This document shows positions 24,586-32,000 of a stretch of DNA of 32,000 nucleotides, piece by piece. Made by a program: the position numbers and the translations under genes. The stretch lies in the NCBI RefSeq assembly GCF_052908335.1, contig NZ_CM128606.1; one strand, 5' to 3'. Position 1 is the first letter of the stretch. Each line of letters starts with the position of its first letter. The notes beneath the pieces are model-generated. The model searched no databases. It had not been told where the DNA came from and was given only the letters and a program-made list of their open reading frames with translations.

Positions 24586-27236
24586 ATGACAGCCTTTCGT
24601 GCCGCATTTAAGGCATATCGTATGCATCAGGTGTTAATAATGCCTCGCTTTGCACGGCTTACCATTGCCCTTGGCTTAGCAACTGCGGTATTTCCCGTTG
24701 ACGCAGAGTATTATTTTAATCCACGGTTTTTAAGCAATGATCTTGCTGAATCTGTCGATTTATCCGCCTTTACTAAGGGACGCGAGGCACCACCTGGTAC
24801 ATATCGGGTCGACATTTATTTGAACGACGAATTTATGACTAGTCGGGATATTACTTTTATTGCAGATGATAATAACGCTGAACTCATCCCATGCCTGAGT
24901 ACAGATCTTCTTGTCAGTCTTGGTATAACAAAATAGCGTTATTAGACAATAAAGAACATTCGGCAGAAAAACATGTGCCGGACAACAGCGCATGCACACC
25001 ACTTCAGGATCGTTTGGCCGACGCATCAACTGAGTTTGATGTTGGTCAGCAACATCTGTCACTCTCCGTTCCGCAAATTTATGTTGGCAGAATGGCTCGC
25101 GGCTATGTTTCTCCTGATCTGTGGGAAGAAGGAATAAATGCAGGGCTTCTAAACTATAGTTTTAATGGTAATTCTATTAATAATCGTAGTAACCATAATG
25201 CAGGAAAATCAAACTATGCATATTTGAATTTACAGAGTGGCATCAACATTGGTAGTTGGCGACTACGCGATAACTCAACGTGGAGTTATAACAGTGGGAG
25301 TAGCAATTCATCTGACAGCAATAAATGGCAGCATATCAATACGTCGGCTGAACGTGACATTATTCCCTTACGCTCACGGTTAACGGTAGGTGATAGTTAT
25401 ACCGATGGCGATATTTTTGATAGTGTGAACTTTCGTGGCCTCAAAATAAATTCAACAGAAGCGATGTTGCCCGATAGCCAACATGGTTTCGCTCCGGTGA
25501 TTCATGGTATTGCCCGTGGAACCGCACAAGTGAGTGTAAAACAGAACGGATACGATGTTTATCAGACTACTGTTCCACCCGGCCCTTTTACTATTGATGA
25601 TATCAACTCTGCGGCCAATGGTGGTGATCTGCAAGTAACCATAAAAGAGGCAGACGGCAGTATTCAGACATTATATGTTCCTTATTCGTCTGTTCCGGTT
25701 CTCCAACGTGCTGGATATACGCGTTATGCGCTTGCCATGGGGGAATATCGTAGTGGAAATAACCTGCAAAGCTCTCCCAAGTTCATACAAGGTAGCTTGA
25801 TGCATGGTCTGGAAGGAAACTGGACACCTTATGGCGGAATGCAAATTGCAGAAGATTATCAGGCCTTCAACCTTGGTATTGGGAAAGATTTAGGACTTTT
25901 TGGTGCCTTTTCTTTCGATATCACGCAGGCCAATACGACACTTGCAGATGGCACCCGTCACAGTGGGCAATCGGTTAAATCCGTCTACAGCAAATCCTTC
26001 TACCAGACAGGAACCAATATCTAGGTCGCAGGATATCGCTATTCTACGCAAGGTTTTTATAACTTATCCGACAGTGCCTACAGTCGAATGAGTGGTTACA
26101 CCGTCAAGCCTCCTACCGGAGACACCAATGAGCAGACACAATTTATTGATTATTTTAATCTGTTCTACAGTAAGCGTGGTCAGGAACAAATAAGCATCTC
26201 TCAGCAGCTTGGAAATTACGGTACGACATTTTTCAGTGCCAGTCGCCAAAGTTACTGGAACACGTCACGCAGCGACCAGCAAATATCATTTGGATTAAAT
26301 GTGCCGTTTGGTGATATTACGACTTCGCTGAATTACAGCTATTCCAATAATATATGGCAAAACGATCGGGATCATTTACTCGCTTTTACGCTTAATGTTC
26401 CCTTCAGTCATTGGATGCGTACAGACAGTCAGTCGGCATTTCGTAATTCAAACGCCAGTTACAGTATGTCAAACGATTTGAAAGGCGGCATGACCAATCT
26501 ATCGGGGGTTTATGGCACTCTGCTGCCGGATAATAACCTGAATTATAGCGTTCAGGTCGGTAACACCCACGGAGGTAATACATCGTCTGGCACCAGTGGT
26601 TACAGTTCTCTTAATTATCGTGGAGCTTATGGTAATACTAATGTCGGTTACAGTCGGAGTGGTGACAGCAGCCAGATTTATTACGGAATGAGTGGTGGGA
26701 TTATTGCTCATGCTGATGGCATCACCTTTGGACAGCCGCTGGGCGACACAATGGTTCTGGTTAAGGCTCCTGGTGCTGATAATGTCAAAATAGAGAACCA
26801 GACCGGAATTCATACCGACTGGCGTGGCTATGCCATATTACCATTTGCGACAGAATATAGAGAAAACCGTGTTGCTCTTAACGCGAATTCCCTTGCAGAT
26901 AATGTTGAACTGGATGAAACCGTGGTCACTGTCATCCCAACTCACGGTGCTATTGCCAGAGCAACATTTAATGCACAAATCGGCGGGAAAGTATTAATGA
27001 CGTTGAAGTACGGTAATAAGAGCGTTCCATTCGGTGCAATTGTCACACACGGAGAGAATAAAAATGGCAGCATTGTCGCGGAAAATGGTCAGGTTTATCT
27101 GACTGGACTTCCACAGTCAGGGCAATTACAGGTTTCATGGGGCAAAGATAAAAACTCAAACTGTATTGTCGAGTACAAGCTTCCTGAAGTTTCTCCTGGT
27201 ACCTTACTGAACCAGCAGACAGCAATCTGTCGCTAA
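24586..27236 (+). pseudogene. ydeT: FimD-like outer-membrane usher, inactivated by a frameshift (~24925-24936) and an in-frame TAG (26022-26024); the 3' 382 codons correspond to K-12 ydeT
   Basis: Three ORF pieces (24586-24936, 24891-26024, 26088-27236) are collinear with FimD: YFNPRFL..., ...GINAGLLNYSFNG..., ...TNI*VAGYRYSTQGFY..., and a C-terminal CxxxxxxxxxxC. The last piece is 382 aa, as I recall for K-12 YdeT. Confidence 0.8.
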
Positions 27237-27249
27237 GGAACAATAGATT

Positions 27250-27780
27250 ATGAAATACAATAACATTATTTTCCTCGGTTTATGTCTGGGGTTAACCACC
27301 TATTCTGCTTTATCCGCAGATAGCGTTATTAAAATTAGCGGGCGCGTCCTCGATTATGGCTGCACAGTCTCATCGGATTCGCTTAATTTTACCGTAGATC
27401 TCCAAAAAAACAGTGCCAGACAATTTCCAACGACCGGTAGCACAAGTCCAGCCGTCCCTTTTCAGATTACGTTAAGTGAATGCAGCAAAGGGACAACGGG
27501 GGTTCGGGTTGCATTTAACGGTATTGAGGATGCAGAAAATAATACTTTGTTGAAACTGGATGAAGGAAGCAATACGGCCTCCGGTTTGGGTATAGAAATA
27601 TTGGACGCAAATATGCGTCCGGTGAAACTGAATGATCTTCATGCCGGGATGCAGTGGATCCCACTGGTACCAGAACAGAACAATATTTTGCCTTACTCCG
27701 CTCGTCTGAAGTCAACTCAGAAGTCCGTCAATCCGGGACTGGTGAGGGCTTCGGCAACCTTTACCCTTGAATTTCAATAA
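27250..27780 (+). CDS. ydeS: Fimbrial-like minor subunit (176 aa)
   Basis: It has a signal peptide, a conserved Cys pair and a C-terminal ...ATFTLEFQ beta-strand typical of type-1 pilins. Size and position match K-12 ydeS. Confidence 0.85.
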   Translation: MKYNNIIFLGLCLGLTTYSALSADSVIKISGRVLDYGCTVSSDSLNFTVDLQKNSARQFPTTGSTSPAVPFQITLSECSKGTTGVRVAFNGIEDAENNTLLKLDEGSNTASGLGIEILDANMRPVKLNDLHAGMQWIPLVPEQNNILPYSARLKSTQKSVNPGLVRASATFTLEFQ

Positions 27781-27792
27781 TCAGAGTCAGAT

Positions 27793-28296
27793 ATGAAAAG
27801 ACTTCACAAGAGGTTCCTGTTAGCTACGTTTTGCGCGTTATTCACAGCAACTCTCCAGGCCGCCGATGTCACTATCACTGTTAATGGTCGGGTAGTCGCT
27901 AAACCCTGCACTATTCAAACCAAAGAAGCTAACGTTAATCTCGGGGATCTTTATACGCGCAATCTGCAACAACCTGGTTCTGCATCTGGCTGGCACAATA
28001 TTACTTTGTCATTAACCGATTGTCCGGTTGAAACAAGTGCAGTGACGGCAATCGTGACAGGTTCAACTGACAATACGGGTTATTACAAAAATGAAGGTAC
28101 TGCCGAAAATATTCAGATAGAGCTGAGGGATGACCAGGATGCTGCGTTAAAAAATGGCGATAGCAAAACGGTTATTGTTGATGAGATCACTCGTAATGCA
28201 CAGTTTCCACTTAAGGCAAGAGCTATCACGGTGAATGGAAACGCAAGCCAGGGAACGATCGAGGCGCTAATCAATGTGATCTACACCTGGCAATAA
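27793..28296 (+). CDS. ydeR: Fimbrial-like minor subunit (167 aa, FimG-like)
   Basis: It has a signal peptide, a pilin Cys pair and a C-terminal ...[10 protein letters not shown]. Size and position match K-12 ydeR. Confidence 0.85.
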
Positions 28297-28354
28297 CGTC
28301 GATTCGATTTTCTTAGCCTTCTTTTTAAATCAATTTTTAACCTTAGGATATATC

Positions 28355-29269
28355 ATGGGTAAAACAATCAGTATAAAGGTCCTGTTCGGTATTTATCTTC
28401 TATTAATGGCAGGCAAAGTTTTTGCCTTCAGTTGTAATGTCGATGGCGGGTCAAGTATTGGAGCAGGTACAACCTCTGTTTATGTTAATCTCGACCCTGT
28501 AATACAGCCGGGCCAGAATCTGGTTGTAGACTTGTCTCAGCATATAAGTTGCTGGAATGATTACGGCGGCTGGTACGACACTGATCATATAAACCTGGTA
28601 CAAGGCTCAGCTTTCGCAGGCTCCCTACAGTCATATAAAGGATCGCTGTACTGGAATAATGTGACCTACCCCTTCCCGTTGACGACAAATACCAACGTAT
28701 TGGATATTGGTGATAAGACACCGATGCCATTACCGTTAAAACTCTATATTACTCCAGTTGGGGCGGCCGGTGGAGTTGTCATAAAAGCGGGGGAAGTCAT
28801 TGCCCGTATTCATATGTATAAAATTGCAACATTAGGAAGCGGAAATCCGCGTAATTTTACGTGGAATATTATTTCAAATAACAATGTTGTTATGCCAACA
28901 GGCGGCTGCACCGTTGATAGTCGTAATGTCACCGTGGATCTCCCGGACTTTCCTGGAAGCGCAGAAATACCCCTTGGCGTATATTGCTCAAGCGAACAAA
29001 AGCTCTCATTTTATCTTTCGGGTGCCACCACTGACAGTAGCCGACAAGTGTTTGCTAACACAGCACCTGATGCAACAAAAGCATCGGGAGTGGGTGTCAC
29101 TCTAATGCGTAATGGAAAAATACTGGCTACGGGAGAAAATGTCTCCCTGGGGACAGTAAATAAAAGCAAAGTACCTCTGGGTTTAAGCGCAACCTATGGA
29201 CAAACAGGAAACAAGGTTTCAGCCGGAACCGTCCAGTCAGTCATTGGTGTCACTTTTATCTATGAATAA
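28355..29269 (+). CDS. ydeQ: FimH-like two-domain fimbrial adhesin (304 aa)
   Basis: It has a signal peptide followed by FSCNVDGGS... (FimH begins FACKTANG), and a C-terminal pilin domain ending ...VIGVTFIYE. Size and position match K-12 ydeQ. Confidence 0.85.
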
Positions 29270-29341
29270 TTGTGATTTTGACCTTAGTCTATGCGCTCCA
29301 TTCACGAAAATTGCGCGGATAATTATTTTGTGAAGGCTATT

Positions 29342-29359
29342 AGCCTACACCTGTAAGAA
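29342..29359 (+). promoter_or_regulatory. EvgA-box-like inverted repeat upstream of ydeP
   Basis: AGCCTACACCTGTAAGAA matches my recollection of the EvgA box TTCYTACA-NN-TGTARGAA at 14 of 16 specified positions. ydeP is a known direct EvgA target. The site lies about 245 bp upstream of the ydeP ATG. Confidence 0.45.
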
Positions 29360-29602
29360 AATCCGCGCACAATTGAAGCCAGAGTCTTATTTTTTATATT
29401 GAAAAATATGTTAATTTAAACACTATGAGAGATGATGCTTAACTTATCGTATTTAATCTATTGTTTAACGATAATAGATTAAAAATAGAAAGAGAGTAGT
29501 CCCCTACTCTTATATATCCATGTTGGCGATAATCCCTTTGTATGTACTGTGCATCATCGCTATTACAAATCCTAATAATTCATTTCCACACAGGATAAGT
29601 AG

Positions 29603-31882
29603 ATGAAGAAAAAAATTGAATCCTACCAGGGTGCTGCAGGTGGTTGGGGTGCTGTTAAATCCGTAGCGAATGCAGTACGTAAGCAGATGGATATACGCCA
29701 GGATGTTATTGCCATGTTTGACATGAATAAGCCAGAGGGCTTTGACTGTCCGGGTTGTGCATGGCCAGATCCTAAGCACAGTGCGTCATTCGACATTTGT
29801 GAAAACGGCGCAAAAGCAATCGCCTGGGAAGTCACGGATAAGCAGGTAAACGCCTCTTTCTTTGCTGAGAATACGGTTCAATCATTACTTACCTGGGGAG
29901 ACCACGAGCTTGAGGCTGCGGGGCGACTCACTCAGCCTTTGAAATATGATGCCGTCAGCGACTGTTACAAGCCATTAAGCTGGCAACAAGCTTTCGACGA
30001 AATTGGCGCACGCCTTCAAAGCTATAGTGATCCCAATCAGGTTGAATTCTATACTTCGGGCCGCACTTCCAATGAAGCTGCCTTTCTTTATCAGCTTTTT
30101 GCCCGTGAATACGGGAGCAATAACTTTCCCGACTGCTCCAACATGTGCCATGAACCGACAAGCGTGGGTTTGGCAGCGAGTATCGGTGTAGGTAAAGGGA
30201 CCGTGTTGCTGGAAGACTTTGAGAAGTGCGATTTAGTCATTTGCATTGGGCATAACCCTGGTACAAACCACCCTCGCATGCTGACTTCGTTGCGCGCTTT
30301 AGTGAAACGGGGAGCGAAAATGATCGCCATCAATCCTCTACAGGAACGTGGCCTGGAGCGATTTACCGCACCGCAAAACCCGTTTGAAATGCTGACGAAC
30401 TCTGAGACTCAGTTGGCCAGTGCCTACTATAACGTGCGCATTGGTGGCGATATGGCGTTGCTCAAGGGGATGATGCGCCTGTTAATTGAGCGCGATGATG
30501 CTGCAAGCGCCGCAGGTCGGCCTTCATTGCTTGATGACGAGTTTATTCAAACGCATACCGTCGGCTTTGACGAGCTACGCCGTGACGTTCTCAATTCCGA
30601 GTGGAAAGATATCGAACGTATTTCTGGACTAAGTCAGACACAAATCGCCGAACTGGCTGACGCATATGCCGCTGCCGAACGCACCATTATCTGTTACGGA
30701 ATGGGGATCACTCAGCACGAACATGGTACCCAGAACGTACAGCAACTGGTCAATCTGCTGTTGATGAAAGGTAACATTGGCAAGCCTGGTGCGGGTATCT
30801 GCCCACTACGTGGTCACTCTAATGTACAGGGCGACCGAACCGTCGGTATCACCGAGAAACCGTCTGCAGAGTTTCTGGCTCGTCTGGGTGAGCGCTATGG
30901 CTTCACCCCACCTCATGCACCTGGACATGCTGCAATTGCCAGCATGCAAGCAATATGTACGGGGCAGGCTCGAGCATTGATCTGCATGGGGGGCAATTTT
31001 GCGCTGGCAATGCCAGATCGGGAAGCGAGCGCTGTACCGTTAACGCAATTAGATTTGGCGGTACACGTAGCCACTAAGCTTAACCGCTCTCATCTGTTGA
31101 CCGCACGGCATAGCTATATTCTGCCGGTCCTGGGACGTAGCGAGATTGACATGCAAAAAAACGGTGCGCAGGCGGTAACCGTTGAGGATTCAATGTCGAT
31201 GATTCATGCCTCGCGTGGCGTGTTAAAACCCGCCGGTGTAATGCTGAAATCAGAGTGTGCAGTGGTCGCGGGAATCGCGCAGGCAGCACTACCCCAGAGC
31301 GTGGTAGCCTGGGAGTATCTGGTGGAAGATTATGATCGCATTCGCAATGACATTGAAGCTGTGCTGCCAGAGTTCGCCGACTATAACCAGCGCATCCGTC
31401 ATCCCGGTGGTTTTCACCTGATAAATGCAGCTGCTGAAAGGCGCTGGATGACGCCGTCAGGTAAGGCTAATTTCATTACCAGCAAAGGGCTGTTAGAAGA
31501 TCCCTCTTCAGCGTTTAACAGTAAGCTGGTCATGGCGACAGTACGCAGCCACGATCAGTACAACACGACGATTTATGGTATGGATGATCGCTATCGAGGG
31601 GTATTCGGTCAACGAGATGTGGTCTTTATGAGTGCTAAACAAGCTAAAATTTGCCGTGTAAAAAACGGCGAAAGAGTTAATCTTATTGCGCTTACGCCAG
31701 ACGGTAAGCGCAGCTCACGCCGCATGGATAGATTAAAAGTGGTCATTTACCCTATGGCTGACCGCTCACTGGTGACCTATTTTCCAGAATCGAATCACAT
31801 GCTAACACTTGATAACCACGATCCATTAAGTGGCATTCCTGGCTATAAAAGTATTCCGGTTGAATTAGAACCATCAAATTAA
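29603..31882 (+). CDS. ydeP: Molybdopterin-dependent oxidoreductase (formate-dehydrogenase-like), acid-resistance associated
   Basis: 759 aa, with an N-terminal Cys cluster ([10 protein letters not shown]...FDICENG), a CHEPTS active-site region, and molybdopterin-binding and C-terminal beta-barrel domains. Size and position match K-12 ydeP. Confidence 0.9.
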   Translation: MKKKIESYQGAAGGWGAVKSVANAVRKQMDIRQDVIAMFDMNKPEGFDCPGCAWPDPKHSASFDICENGAKAIAWEVTDKQVNASFFAENTVQSLLTWGDHELEAAGRLTQPLKYDAVSDCYKPLSWQQAFDEIGARLQSYSDPNQVEFYTSGRTSNEAAFLYQLFAREYGSNNFPDCSNMCHEPTSVGLAASIGVGKGTVLLEDFEKCDLVICIGHNPGTNHPRMLTSLRALVKRGAKMIAINPLQERGLERFTAPQNPFEMLTNSETQLASAYYNVRIGGDMALLKGMMRLLIERDDAASAAGRPSLLDDEFIQTHTVGFDELRRDVLNSEWKDIERISGLSQTQIAELADAYAAAERTIICYGMGITQHEHGTQNVQQLVNLLLMKGNIGKPGAGICPLRGHSNVQGDRTVGITEKPSAEFLARLGERYGFTPPHAPGHAAIASMQAICTGQARALICMGGNFALAMPDREASAVPLTQLDLAVHVATKLNRSHLLTARHSYILPVLGRSEIDMQKNGAQAVTVEDSMSMIHASRGVLKPAGVMLKSECAVVAGIAQAALPQSVVAWEYLVEDYDRIRNDIEAVLPEFADYNQRIRHPGGFHLINAAAERRWMTPSGKANFITSKGLLEDPSSAFNSKLVMATVRSHDQYNTTIYGMDDRYRGVFGQRDVVFMSAKQAKICRVKNGERVNLIALTPDGKRSSRRMDRLKVVIYPMADRSLVTYFPESNHMLTLDNHDPLSGIPGYKSIPVELEPSN

Positions 31883-31895
31883 TGCCTCTTCTCAT

Positions 31896-31926
31896 TTCTT
31901 CTGCTGTCATCCGCACAGCAGAAGAA
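31896..31926 (+). terminator. Stem-loop terminator after ydeP
   Basis: TTCTTCTGCTGT (31896-31907) pairs with ACAGCAGAAGAA (31915-31926) around a 7-nt loop. It starts 14 nt after the stop and is followed by a T-rich stretch. Confidence 0.65.
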
Positions 31927-32000
31927 TTCCTCATTGACTATTATTTCGCAATTTGCTCACATGGATTAAATTAAACTACATACTATAAGATATAAACTTC

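Overview
This window looks like the Escherichia coli replication-terminus region, in reverse orientation relative to the K-12 map as I remember it. From left to right it contains:
- **lsr remnant (minus strand):** the 5' end of lsrF, then lsrB, then a 5'-truncated lsrD.
- **Deletion scar (~2137/2138):** truncated lsrD is joined back-to-back to the C-terminal (beta-barrel) part of the yneO/ydeK autotransporter pseudogene. By comparison with K-12, lsrK, lsrR, lsrA and lsrC are missing.
- **hipBA:** the toxin-antitoxin operon with its four TATCC-N8-GGATA operators.
- **17.1-kb insertion (5601-22695):** two head-to-tail, non-identical copies (8500 and 8595 bp) of a filamentous (Inovirus-type) prophage. 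It has no integrase gene and sits at the chromosome dimer-resolution site dif.
- **Right flank:** a yneL-like AraC-family remnant, a decayed type-1-like chaperone-usher operon (fimA-like 3' fragment, chaperone with a nonsense codon, usher with a frameshift plus a nonsense codon covering K-12 ydeT, then ydeS, ydeR, ydeQ), and ydeP with an upstream EvgA-box-like site.

Each prophage unit begins with a pair of inverted dif-like sites around a GC-rich stem, which is a CTXphi-style forked-hairpin attP. A canonical-looking 28-bp dif core survives only at the right end (22696-22723).

Each unit encodes:
- a leftward cluster of three paralogous ribbon-helix-helix-like small proteins plus a 51-aa membrane ORF that is below the ORF-track cutoff;
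- a rightward operon: phiX174/P2-A-type rolling-circle Rep, a candidate ssDNA-binding protein, two small hydrophobic proteins, a pVIII-like coat protein with terminator, a pIII-like protein with a GGGSS linker, a pVI-like protein, a pI/Zot-like ATPase and a pIV-like secretin.

The two copies are identical over about 6.5 kb except for a 30-bp Gly/Ser repeat expansion. They then become a mosaic: about 3% divergence, an unrelated structured intergenic block, and a different secretin signal peptide.

The element resembles what I recall of CUS-1 (E. coli O18:K1:H7) and YpfPhi (Yersinia pestis). I cannot confirm this without a database search.
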